A stretch of DNA of 64,000 nucleotides from Candidatus Multivoradales bacterium (GTDB lineage Bacteria; Acidobacteriota; Thermoanaerobaculia; Multivoradales; JAHEKO01): the NCBI GenBank assembly GCA_965248055.1, contig CBDFIJ010000004.1, positions 1,280,001-1,344,000 of the forward strand. Direction: 5' to 3'. Shown here in pieces: positions 28,219-37,600 of the stretch. Every line of letters begins with the position of its first letter. Positions within the stretch are counted from its first letter, which is position 1. The translations under genes were made by a program, and so were the position numbers. The notes beneath the pieces were generated by a model. The model was not told the origin of the DNA and searched no databases. It saw only the letters and a list, made by a program, of their open reading frames with translations.

Positions 28219-29586
28219 CTAATCGAGCGTGAGGTCGCTACGAACCAGCACCGCGTCCAGCGCTTGATCCGCTCTGCCCCGGATCTCATCTAGGTCGAGA
28301 TGGAGCAGCTGGCGATCTTCCACCAGCACCCGCCCATCAACGATGACGTGGCGCACGTCGGCACGCGAAACGGAGTAGGCGATCAAGTCGTGCGGATTGG
28401 CGTGCCGACTCCAGGTTTCTGGACGCGAGCGGTCGAGCACCAATACGTCGGCTGCGCGACCCACCGACAAAGTGCCGGTAGTGTCTGCCATCCCCAGCGC
28501 GCGGGCCCCCTCATTGGTGGCTAGGCGCAGCGCGTCAAGCCCGGAAAAACTCGCGGGGCCGTGCTTGAGGTGTTGCAGCATCGCGGCCAGTCGGATCTCG
28601 GTAAAAGCATCTAAATCATTACTACAGGCGGCACCATCGGCACCCACACCGACTGGCACCCCAGCAGCACGGATGCCCACCAAATCGGCGATGCCCGAGC
28701 CCAGCTTGAGGTTGGAACTTGGGCAATGGACAACGCTGAAGCGGGAAGCGTTCACCCGCTTGAGGTGTCCTTGCTGAAGCTGCACACCGTGCGCGATACA
28801 CAGCCTTTGACCCAGGATTCCGGTTTCGTCGAAATACTCGACCTCGTCGCGCCCTCCCTTGAGCTGGCGCACAACCTCGGTCTCTTCGCGCTGCTCCAGG
28901 GCGTGGGTATGGATCGGCCAGCCACGCTGTTGGGAGAGGTCGCGCAAACCGGACCACAGCCCGTCGGAGCAACTGAGGATAAAGCGAGGATTGAGAACGT
29001 ATTGCAAACGGCCCTGGTCTAGGCCGTGGAAGCGGTCCCCTAGCTCCGCAGTGTGGGCGAGCGTAGCGTCGGTGTCTTCGCGCAGAGCATCGGGCAACCC
29101 TTCTCCCGCGTCCATCAGGCACTTGCCGGCAACCGCGCGCAGGCCGGAGTCCTCCAGCGCGCGCAGCAGACCCGCCGCGCCAGGACCGAGTCCAATGTCC
29201 TGCACTGTGGTGGTGCCAGAGAGCAGGCACTCCGCGGCGCCCAGCAGAGAACACCAATAGGCACTCTCGTCGTCATGCCCCGCTTCCAGCGGCCAAATGC
29301 GCTCCCGGAGCCAGGGCAGGAGTCGACGCCTCTCGGCTAAGCCACGAAAAAGCGTCTGCCCTAAATGAACGTGACCTTGGATCAGTCCCGGCAAGATCCA
29401 GCAATCGCTGACGTCCAGTACTCGAGTGTCGGGCGGCGGTTCCATTGCGCTACCGATCTCTTGAATCTTGCCCTGGCTGAGCAAGACATCCGCTGATCGC
29501 GCACTCGCCTCAGGGTCGAGAGTGAGGACGGTGCCCCCCTTGAGCAGCAGGTCAGAACGCGGGTGTAACGCCAAGCGATCAGACAT
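28219..29586 (-). CDS. Amidohydrolase-superfamily nucleobase/nucleoside deaminase
   Basis: PGLIQGHVH, HTHALE, AHGV, HCPSSNLKLGSG, GADG; divergent from a purine permease. Confidence 0.8.
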   Translation of the reverse strand: MSDRLALHPRSDLLLKGGTVLTLDPEASARSADVLLSQGKIQEIGSAMEPPPDTRVLDVSDCWILPGLIQGHVHLGQTLFRGLAERRRLLPWLRERIWPLEAGHDDESAYWCSLLGAAECLLSGTTTVQDIGLGPGAAGLLRALEDSGLRAVAGKCLMDAGEGLPDALREDTDATLAHTAELGDRFHGLDQGRLQYVLNPRFILSCSDGLWSGLRDLSQQRGWPIHTHALEQREETEVVRQLKGGRDEVEYFDETGILGQRLCIAHGVQLQQGHLKRVNASRFSVVHCPSSNLKLGSGIADLVGIRAAGVPVGVGADGAACSNDLDAFTEIRLAAMLQHLKHGPASFSGLDALRLATNEGARALGMADTTGTLSVGRAADVLVLDRSRPETWSRHANPHDLIAYSVSRADVRHVIVDGRVLVEDRQLLHLDLDEIRGRADQALDAVLVRSDLTLD

Positions 29587-29632
29587 AGTGCTCCGATTGT
29601 AGCGGTGAACGCGGGCTTGTAGACTGACGACA

Positions 29633-30940
29633 ATGTTTGAAAGGTGGTTTCAACTGAGCGCACGGGGTACTTCCGTGGCAGTGGAAGTGCGGGCGGGATT
29701 GGTGACTTTCCTCACCATGTCCTACATCCTGTTCGTCAATCCGGGAATTCTTGCCCAGGCGGGAATGCCCGCCGAAGACGTGGCGGTGGCCACCGCTTTG
29801 GCCGCCGCGATCGCAACTCTGGCGATGGGCTTGCTGGCCAATTACCCAATCGCTCTAGCACCCGGTATGGGGCTCAATGCTTATTTCACCTACGGCGTAG
29901 TGCTCGGCATGGGGGTCGAGTGGCAGGTAGCGCTGGCCGCAGTCTTCGTAGAAGGCGTTCTGTTCCTGCTGTTGGCGCTCGGTGGCGTCCGATCAGCCCT
30001 AGTGCGAGCGATTCCCCAGCCGCTCAAGCTGGCGACCATGGGTGGAATCGGCCTATTTCTGGCGATCATTGGTTTTGAGAACGCCGGTTGGGTGATCGAT
30101 CATCCGGTAACCCTGGTGACTGCGGGGGATCTCTCTCAACCTCCCGCCTTGTTGGCTTTCGGCGGCCTGTTGTTGATCGCTGCGTTGATGGCGCGACGGG
30201 TAAGCGGTGCGATCTTGATCGGCATCGTCGCAGTCACAGTTGCGGCTTGGTTGCTCGGTGTTGCCAGCCCGCCCGAGAGTTTCTTGAGCATGCCTCGGCT
30301 GCCGCGCGAAACGCTGTTTGCCCTCGACTTTCGTGGACTGCTCGCGGGTAAGGCGGTGATGGTGATCGCGGCGTTTCTATTCGTCGACCTATTCGATACC
30401 GCGGGTACTTTGATTGGGGTGGGGAGACTGGCCGGGCTGGTCGACCAGGACGGTGAGCTACCGCGCGCCGACCGAGCCTTCGCCGCCGACGCCTTGGGTA
30501 CCTCAGCGGGCGCCTTGCTCGGCACCAGTACCGTAACCAGTTACGTGGAATCGGCAACCGGGGTCGAGGAAGGGGGACGCACGGGGCTCACCGCGGTGGT
30601 GGTGAGTGGTCTGTTTCTTCTGTCTTTGTTCTTTACTCCCCTCCTGGTGGCGGTCCCGGCTGCGGCGACTGCACCGGCGCTGATTGCGGTCGGCGCCTTG
30701 ATGTTCCGAGGCTCGAGTGAAATCGACTGGAAATCTCCCGATCAAGCGGTGCCGGCTTTTCTCACCATGGTCGGCATGCCGCTGACCTACTCGATCGCCA
30801 ATGGAATCAGCCTGGGAATCGTTTCCTGGGTGGCGATCAAATTACTCAGTGGTCGACGCCGCGAACTGCATCCGATCTTGATTGCTGTGGCAGTGGCCCT
30901 GGTCGCTTTCTACGTGATCCGCTCAACCACCAGCACCTAA
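29633..30940 (+). CDS. NCS2/AzgA-type purine permease
   Basis: TFLTMSYILFVNP, APGMGLNAYF, DLFDTAGT, TSYVESA.G..EGGRTGL, PLTYSIANG. Confidence 0.92.
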   Translation: MFERWFQLSARGTSVAVEVRAGLVTFLTMSYILFVNPGILAQAGMPAEDVAVATALAAAIATLAMGLLANYPIALAPGMGLNAYFTYGVVLGMGVEWQVALAAVFVEGVLFLLLALGGVRSALVRAIPQPLKLATMGGIGLFLAIIGFENAGWVIDHPVTLVTAGDLSQPPALLAFGGLLLIAALMARRVSGAILIGIVAVTVAAWLLGVASPPESFLSMPRLPRETLFALDFRGLLAGKAVMVIAAFLFVDLFDTAGTLIGVGRLAGLVDQDGELPRADRAFAADALGTSAGALLGTSTVTSYVESATGVEEGGRTGLTAVVVSGLFLLSLFFTPLLVAVPAAATAPALIAVGALMFRGSSEIDWKSPDQAVPAFLTMVGMPLTYSIANGISLGIVSWVAIKLLSGRRRELHPILIAVAVALVAFYVIRSTTST

Positions 30941-30948
30941 GAGGAAAG

Positions 30949-32301
30949 ATGCGATCAATAGAGACAGTCCAAGGTCAACGGGTAGTCACGCCTGAGGGGG
31001 TGCGGCCAGCAACCGTGCGCATCGAAGCAGGGCGCATCGCCGCTGTCGAGAATTACCAAAGCCAACTCACGGGTCTCGGGGTGATCGACGCTGAGGATCG
31101 AGTGGTTTCACCGGGGTTGGTCGACAGCCATGTGCATATCAATCAACCTGGACGCACCGAATGGGAAGGATTTGAAACTGCGACCCGGGCAGCCGCGGCG
31201 GGTGGCGTCACCACACTGGTCGACATGCCGCTCAACGCAATCCCAGCGACCACCACGGTCGAAGCACTGCGCATCAAGCGCGATGCCGCGCAATCCAATT
31301 GCTGGGTCGATGTAGGTTTCTGGGCCGGGGTGGTCCCAGGAAACCTGGGCGAAATCAGCGCGCTGGCCGAAACGGGCGTCTGTGGCTTCAAAGCCTTCTT
31401 GGTGGATTCCGGGGTACCCGAGTTCGAAGCCATCGATCTGCAGGAGCTGCGGGTGGCTGCGGCCACCATCGCTAGCATCGGGCTGCCGCTGCTGGTACAC
31501 AGCGAACATCTCGACGAGATCTTGGCCCCGGCAGACGATCTAGCCTTGGAAGATCGACGGCGCTATCTGCGCTACATGCAGAGTCGCCCAGCCATAGCCG
31601 AAGTTCAGGCGATCGAAGCGCTGATCGCGATCGCTGAAGCAACCGGAGTCCGCCTGCACATCGTTCACCTAGCAACCGGTAAAGCTTTGCCTACCATCAA
31701 CGCAGCGCGTCAACGGGGCGTGGCAATCACTGTGGAGAGCTGCCCCCATTACTTGACCTTTGCCGCCGAGGAGATCGGCGACGGCCAGACGCTGTTCAAG
31801 TGCGCTCCGCCGATTCGCGAGGCTGGCGAACGGGAGCAACTGTGGCAAGGGCTGCTGAACCAGGAGATTGACCTGATCGCCACCGACCACTCCCCCAGTC
31901 CGCCAGAGCTCAAGGACATGGACGGTGGCGACTTTTTCAACGCTTGGGGTGGCATCTCGTCGCTGCAACTGTTGTTGCCCGCGGTTTGGACCGAAGCAAA
32001 ACGACGCGGTGCCGACCTCAGCCACCTAGTTCAATGGCTATCGACAAAGCCAGCCAGCCTTGCGGGTTTGAGCCGGAGAAAAGGACAGTTCGCGGTTGGC
32101 TTCGACGCCGATTTGGTGGTCTGGGATGACGAAGCGTCGCAGGTGGTGGACCCGGCACAGCTTGAACATCGCCACAAGATCACACCCTACGCAGGACGAG
32201 AACTTTCAGGAGTCGTTGAGGCGACGGTGCTGCGCGGGCAGTTGGTCTACAGCGAGGGTCAGTTTCTCGAGGAACCACACGGCGCCCTGCTGACACCGTA
32301 G
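30949..32301 (+). CDS. allB: Allantoinase
   Basis: DSHVHINQPGRTEWEGF, DMPLN, FKCAPPIR, TDHSP, AWGGISSLQ. Confidence 0.92.
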   Translation: MRSIETVQGQRVVTPEGVRPATVRIEAGRIAAVENYQSQLTGLGVIDAEDRVVSPGLVDSHVHINQPGRTEWEGFETATRAAAAGGVTTLVDMPLNAIPATTTVEALRIKRDAAQSNCWVDVGFWAGVVPGNLGEISALAETGVCGFKAFLVDSGVPEFEAIDLQELRVAAATIASIGLPLLVHSEHLDEILAPADDLALEDRRRYLRYMQSRPAIAEVQAIEALIAIAEATGVRLHIVHLATGKALPTINAARQRGVAITVESCPHYLTFAAEEIGDGQTLFKCAPPIREAGEREQLWQGLLNQEIDLIATDHSPSPPELKDMDGGDFFNAWGGISSLQLLLPAVWTEAKRRGADLSHLVQWLSTKPASLAGLSRRKGQFAVGFDADLVVWDDEASQVVDPAQLEHRHKITPYAGRELSGVVEATVLRGQLVYSEGQFLEEPHGALLTP

Positions 32302-32326
32302 TCGCATTTGCCGACGCTTAAGCGAA

Positions 32327-33058
32327 TTACTCGCTGGATTCTGGATGGTCTGTCGGAGTACTGGATGGGTGTTGGGAGCGATCGATGACCAGGTAGTCGA
32401 TTGCCGCATCCGGCCACTCGATCACCATCCCACGACCGACTCCTTGAGCGACTTCTTCTCCGTAGAGCTGCTCAACCAGATACATCGCGACGTCGTAGCT
32501 GGTAGCTCCTCCTTGAGAAGTCAGCGCCTTGCCGTCGTGAACAAAACTGACGCCGCGGCGCACGTCGAGCTGGGGAAATTTCTCGATGTAGGCGTCGACA
32601 TCCCCGGGGAAGGTGGTGCTCACCACTTGATCCAGCAAGCCGGCGGCCGCCAGGACGAAGGCGCCGTCGCACAGCGAGACCAGATAGTCGGCCTTGGACC
32701 CCACTTCCCGCAGCCAATTCATCATCGCTAAGTTGTCGAGGTCGCTGTCCATCGAGTGCTCGGCGCTCGGCACCACCAGAACGTCGATCTCCGGTGCGTT
32801 GTCGATTCCATAGTGAGCGGCAATTTCAAGTCCTTCAAAGGTCGTCACCGGATTGCCGTCCAGCGAAACGGTAAACAACTGCATCCCCGGCTGGGTATGA
32901 AACACCGTGTGGTGAAAGATGTCGTAGGGCGCGACTAATTCGCTGTTGAAAACCCCGTCGACGATCAGGAAACCGACCCGCATAGGCTCGGCGGCCTCTT
33001 GCGCTCGGGCCGCGCTGACCAATCCGAACAAGACTAATCCGCAGATGATTCTCTTCAT
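32327..33058 (-). CDS. Secreted DJ-1/PfpI family protein
   Basis: Signal peptide, DVLVVP, SLCDGAFVLAAAGLL, TSQG. Confidence 0.8.
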   Translation of the reverse strand: MKRIICGLVLFGLVSAARAQEAAEPMRVGFLIVDGVFNSELVAPYDIFHHTVFHTQPGMQLFTVSLDGNPVTTFEGLEIAAHYGIDNAPEIDVLVVPSAEHSMDSDLDNLAMMNWLREVGSKADYLVSLCDGAFVLAAAGLLDQVVSTTFPGDVDAYIEKFPQLDVRRGVSFVHDGKALTSQGGATSYDVAMYLVEQLYGEEVAQGVGRGMVIEWPDAAIDYLVIDRSQHPSSTPTDHPESSE

Positions 33059-33198
33059 TCTCTGACTCTATTACGGAAGTTTTCTTTCCAACCACCAAGT
33101 AGGCCACAATCCCTGAGCGGTCCAAAACAGGGATTCTGCCTGGCTGATTGGTTATGCTGAGGGCCGTCCACCCGGTCTAAGGACACCTCGCTCTCACC

Positions 33199-34722
33199 AT
33201 GAATGACTTTCTCAAACTCCTCAACCTCACCAGCGAGCGCCTCGGTGCCGTGGTCCTAGCTGCCAACGATGACTTCTTCGCCGAGAAGGAAAACTTGATA
33301 TGTGATGCCGAGGCGATTTGGGATGCTGATCGCTACACCGACCGCGGCAAGTGGATGGACGGTTGGGAGTCCCGCCGACGGCGTGAACCTGGCTATGACT
33401 GGTGTGTCGTACGGCTCGGCTTGCCCGGCATCGTCCGCGGAGTGGTGGTGGACACCGCTCATTTTCGCGGCAACTACCCTGAGAGCTGCTCTATCGAAGC
33501 TTGCAGCTTGCCAACCGAGAGCTCAGTGGAAGATCTGCTCAACCCAGATGTCGAGTGGCTTGAGATCCTCCCCCAAGTAACTCTCGAAGGAAATGCCAAG
33601 AACCCGTTCGAGGTTGATGCTCCATTTCGCTTCACCCACCTGCGACTCAATATCTACCCGGACGGTGGCGTCGCTCGTTTGCGAGTACACGGAGAAGTGG
33701 TACCTGATTCGGTCGCTCTGGCCGCGCCTGACTCCATCAATCTGTTAGCTCTGGAACTGGGAGCCCAAGTGCTGGGTGCCAGTGATCGATTCTTCAGTTC
33801 GCCGGAGAACTTGCTGCGCGCTGGAGATTCCACCGGCATGCACGATGGCTGGGAAACCAAACGCCGCAGGGGTCCGGGAAACGACTGGGCGACTTTTCGT
33901 CTGGCGGCACCCGGCACTGCACGTCAGATCGAAGTCGACACCACGCACTTCAAAGGTAACGCTCCAGGAAGCTGCTCGGTCGAGACCTTGAGCCTGCCTA
34001 AAGGGAACAACGAGGCCTCCGTCGCGAACGCCCCGTGGCAGACCTTGCTGGCCCAAACCGACCTGCAAGCCGATCACAACCACCGATTCGATCAGCTCGA
34101 GACGGTGGATCATCCGATCACCCACCTCAGGCTGCAAACCTATCCAGACGGTGGCGTGGCTCGCCTGCGCCTGTACGGCCAAATGGCAGAATCTGCCCAT
34201 CCCACGCTGGCTCTACGCGAACTCAACTGCCTACCTCCGGCACAAGCCAAACTTCGACTCTTGGATTGTTGCGGTGCTAACGCTTGGGCAGAAGCGATGG
34301 CGTTACAGCGACCCTTTACCGATGTCGCCAGCCTACAAACCGCAGCGGCGTCGGCGGCGGACAGTTTGGGCGACGACCAGTGGCTGGAGGCATTCCGGGC
34401 TCATCCGGCGATCGGCGGCTCCGAGGCCGAACACCCGCGCGGAGAGACCGCGGCAAACTGGTCACATCAGGAACAAAGCGGCGTGGAGTCAGCGGAGGTC
34501 GGTACGCTGAAGGCGCTGGCCGCTACCAATCAACGCTACCGAGAGCGTTTTGGCTTCGGCTTCATCATCTGCGCCACCGGCAAGAGCGCCGAAGAGATCC
34601 TGACATCACTCCAAGAACGCCTCAACCATGATGTCCACCAAGAACTAGCCATCGCCACACAAGAGGAACGCAAGATCTTGCGACTGCGGCTGGCGAGACT
34701 GCTGCAAACAGAAGGTCGGTGA
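33199..34722 (+). CDS. alc: Allantoicase fused to a C-terminal OHCU decarboxylase (UraD)
   Basis: Two allantoicase repeats (DGWESRRRR, DGWETKRRR, YPDGGVARLR twice), then CCG..W, AF.AHP.IG, EQSGV, FGFGFIICATG. Confidence 0.9.
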   Translation: MNDFLKLLNLTSERLGAVVLAANDDFFAEKENLICDAEAIWDADRYTDRGKWMDGWESRRRREPGYDWCVVRLGLPGIVRGVVVDTAHFRGNYPESCSIEACSLPTESSVEDLLNPDVEWLEILPQVTLEGNAKNPFEVDAPFRFTHLRLNIYPDGGVARLRVHGEVVPDSVALAAPDSINLLALELGAQVLGASDRFFSSPENLLRAGDSTGMHDGWETKRRRGPGNDWATFRLAAPGTARQIEVDTTHFKGNAPGSCSVETLSLPKGNNEASVANAPWQTLLAQTDLQADHNHRFDQLETVDHPITHLRLQTYPDGGVARLRLYGQMAESAHPTLALRELNCLPPAQAKLRLLDCCGANAWAEAMALQRPFTDVASLQTAAASAADSLGDDQWLEAFRAHPAIGGSEAEHPRGETAANWSHQEQSGVESAEVGTLKALAATNQRYRERFGFGFIICATGKSAEEILTSLQERLNHDVHQELAIATQEERKILRLRLARLLQTEGR

Positions 34723-34726
34723 AACC

Positions 34727-35068
34727 ATGAGCGCGATTACTACCCACATTCTTGACATCGCACGCGGGCAACCCGCCGTTGGCGTCGCGGTCCGCTTAGA
34801 AATCTTCGATGGAGAGAATTGGCGCGTCCTGGGCGAAGGAACTACCGACGAAGACGGTCGCGTCAGTGATCTGCTCGCAGACGATGTCGCTCTAAACGAA
34901 ACCACCCACCGCCTGACCTTCGCGGTGGGCGATTACTTCGCCGAACTCGAAATCGACAGTTTCCATCCCCGGGCGACGATTGAGTTTGTCGTTCGGAGTA
35001 CTACTCAGCACTACCACGTGCCGCTGTTGTTGAGTCCCTTTGGCTACTCGACCTATCGCGGGAGCTAG
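34727..35068 (+). CDS. uraH: 5-hydroxyisourate hydrolase
   Basis: ITTHILD, TDEDGR, HYHVPLLLSPFGYSTYRGS. Confidence 0.95.
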   Translation: MSAITTHILDIARGQPAVGVAVRLEIFDGENWRVLGEGTTDEDGRVSDLLADDVALNETTHRLTFAVGDYFAELEIDSFHPRATIEFVVRSTTQHYHVPLLLSPFGYSTYRGS

Positions 35069-35797
35069 TGGTCAACCATGAGTCGCCGTCGTAACCGACC
35101 ATTTGCTACCGAGACCATTTGCTGCGGTAATCAGTTGGCGATGATCTTCGTCAACCATCACAGCCACCCGAACTATCCCAAACATGGCAAGGCCCATCAA
35201 TGAGTCCTACGCTGCACTCGATCCTGAATTGCCGCGCGCAGCTCACTAACAGGATCGTTAGTCGATCTGATTTCCTGGACAACACGTAGCGATCGGCGGA
35301 ATCCATCGAGTTCAACCCTGACGTGAACTGTTGCTGAGGGACACAAAACCACACACCAACGTGTGCCACCAGAACCTTCCTTCATTTGGCGCTGTTCTGC
35401 CTCAAGTCTCGCGGCCTAGATACGAGAGCAAGGCATTCTGCAGTCGCTTGTTGTGGTGTGGCCGACTCTATGCACATCACCAAAGGGCCGCACATTTCCA
35501 TCGCGACCAGTTATAGGTCCGCCTCTTCCCTTGAGGGTTACTACGGTCAGATCGCCGGAGTCGCCTGGGCAATAATTTTTGTTGCCGTTGACCTCACAGA
35601 TTGCCATCCACTCACCTCGATCACCGCAAGCGACTTCCGCTTGAAGAGTAGAGGTTGGTGAGCTAGGTCAGGCACGTGCTCGACAGGAGTATGGTTGGTG
35701 TTATATTCTAGATTTGAAGGATTATGATCGTCTCTTCCGCCGGGTAATACCGGAAACGGAAGTAGAGCAGGGGTTAGAAACCAAAGGAGATTCTCAA

Positions 35798-35986
35798 ATG
35801 ATGAAGAAGGTTGTTACTGGACTGTTTTTTTCGGTCGCTTTGTTGGGGATTTTCGCTACACCTGTGGAAGCAGTTGATTTTTGTAGCTACAACCACAGTT
35901 GTTACAGGTTTTACTACGAGAGTCACGGTGATCATTTTCACGCGTACTACAAAACCGACTACAGCTGTTGTCACCAGTACGCTTAG
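35798..35986 (+). CDS. Small secreted Cys/His/Tyr-rich peptide (62 aa precursor)
   Basis: AAGGAG RBS; signal peptide MMKK...ATPVEA; mature VDFCSYNHSCYRFYYESHGDHFHAYYKTDYSCCHQYA. Confidence 0.75.
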   Translation: MMKKVVTGLFFSVALLGIFATPVEAVDFCSYNHSCYRFYYESHGDHFHAYYKTDYSCCHQYA

Positions 35987-35995
35987 GGGCTTTTC

Positions 35996-37192
35996 TTGCG
36001 CCTTGAGGTTCCTGCTGTCGTTTTTTGCTTCTGCCTGGCAACCAGCGGATCGCTGCCTGCTGCGCCGATCGTTCAGCCTGAGAAGCTAGCGGACGAGGAC
36101 ATTAATGCGTTTATGGCGAAGAAGCATGGTCGGCTCATCCTTGGGTCTGATTCAGACGACGACCATTTCGCCTTATTGGATGTTAATGCTGCGCGCATTT
36201 ACTTGTTTGATGCGCAAGGCGGACTAAGGGAGCAGTCACCGCCTTTGGATAAGGCCGAAACCGATCAAGGGCCAACAAGCACCGTCCCGGCGGTGCTTGA
36301 CTCAACCAAAATTGTCGATTTTCACGTTGGCGCCAGGGGCAAGGTCGGCCTCCTTGTCAAGCCATTTTTCATCTACGAATTTGAGGAGATGGGAAAGCGG
36401 ATAGTGGCGTCTTTCCAGGGCCTTCCCTTGGTTAAGTCTATCGCCGAGGTGGACGACGGTTGGGCGGTAAGTGTCGTGCCAGTCCCCGGTCCCCCAGGCA
36501 GAAAACCCCAAAAAAGCAACAGGATTTTCATATATGGCGACTCCGGGCTACCCGAAGCTGCGTTCTTGGAGGTTGGGGAGATAGGCAGCCCGACAACTGG
36601 GGCAGCAGAGGTTCTCTTGGTGGTACACGACAAGAAAGTTAAGTATGCGGTGGAAAGAGGCTCGTATCGAATATACAAACTCGGTCGTGACCGAACAATA
36701 ACGTCCATCGTTGAGGATTCATCGCTGCAGTTCGCAAAAACACAAAGTGACGAAGAGCGAATCGCAGAAATCATGGCGGAGGAGGGGTTTTTCAAGCCAA
36801 AAGATCTTCACCCAAGAGCCGTCCCGCCCATACCGCCGAAGGACCGCCGCGAAGAGTACGAAGAGGAGGGCACGATTGTTGCCCATACGGTGATTCTTAT
36901 ACCAAGGCGTATCGTTCAAGCGGGCGCCTGGGATAAGCACGAACAAAAGCTCATTCTTGTGACGACGGATAAGTCAGGACAGGTTTATCTGGACAGGTTC
37001 GATCCGGCGACAGGCGACCTGTTGCGCTGGCCCCTTGGCGGGGGCTGGAAGGCGTCCGGTATTAGCGTACAAGCCAACGGCTACGTTCTCTTAATCGAAG
37101 ACAATGCCAACCAGAAAGTTAGAATCATAAAGCGCCTTACTTTAGAAGATGGCGAACCGGTCAAGAACAAGCGAATTGTACACGTAGGCTAG
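35996..37192 (+). CDS. Secreted protein, probable beta-propeller
   Basis: Signal-like N-terminus; repeated blade-like strands (RIYLFDAQG, RIFIYGDSG, YRIYKLGRD, YLDRFDPATG); starts 9 nt after the peptide gene. Confidence 0.55.
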   Translation: MRLEVPAVVFCFCLATSGSLPAAPIVQPEKLADEDINAFMAKKHGRLILGSDSDDDHFALLDVNAARIYLFDAQGGLREQSPPLDKAETDQGPTSTVPAVLDSTKIVDFHVGARGKVGLLVKPFFIYEFEEMGKRIVASFQGLPLVKSIAEVDDGWAVSVVPVPGPPGRKPQKSNRIFIYGDSGLPEAAFLEVGEIGSPTTGAAEVLLVVHDKKVKYAVERGSYRIYKLGRDRTITSIVEDSSLQFAKTQSDEERIAEIMAEEGFFKPKDLHPRAVPPIPPKDRREEYEEEGTIVAHTVILIPRRIVQAGAWDKHEQKLILVTTDKSGQVYLDRFDPATGDLLRWPLGGGWKASGISVQANGYVLLIEDNANQKVRIIKRLTLEDGEPVKNKRIVHVG

Positions 37193-37592
37193 CAAAGAGG
37201 ATCAAATATATATTCTTCTTAGAGTTCCAACCTGGGATGGGTGAACCCCCCGTCCTTAGGCCAACCGGGAATTCACTGAGATATTGCGTCACAGTTTTCT
37301 TGAGAAGATCGGGGGACAAGAACTTTCTTAGCTTTTCTATTCTTCGATTAACGCCTTCTTCAACAGCTTCGGATTCTGCCAGCTCGGCAACGCCTCTTTG
37401 CATCCGACTCTCAGCATTCTCAAGCTGCGATCGAAGGTTTCTGAGCTTTCGCTCCTCGAAAAACTTATGAACGCCACAACCCGCGAGAAACGCCCATAAC
37501 AACAGCCCCAGAAGCGTGACCGTCGGGTTATCCTGAAGTGAACGCATAAGCGTTTCGGTCACACCCAAGGCGGAGTTTGAGTTCGCGGCCAT
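37161..37592 (-). CDS. Hypothetical membrane-anchored coiled-coil protein (possibly truncated)
   Basis: One TM helix then a charged helix; starts 8 nt after the upstream stop. Confidence 0.4.
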   Translation of the reverse strand: MAANSNSALGVTETLMRSLQDNPTVTLLGLLLWAFLAGCGVHKFFEERKLRNLRSQLENAESRMQRGVAELAESEAVEEGVNRRIEKLRKFLSPDLLKKTVTQYLSEFPVGLRTGGSPIPGWNSKKNIYLILFASLRVQFACS

Positions 37593-37600
37593 ATTGACTC

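Noticed and set aside
29587-33198. Purine riboswitch ahead of the permease or alc
   Set aside because: The permease leader is only ~46 bp, and no aptamer consensus was seen in 33059-33198.
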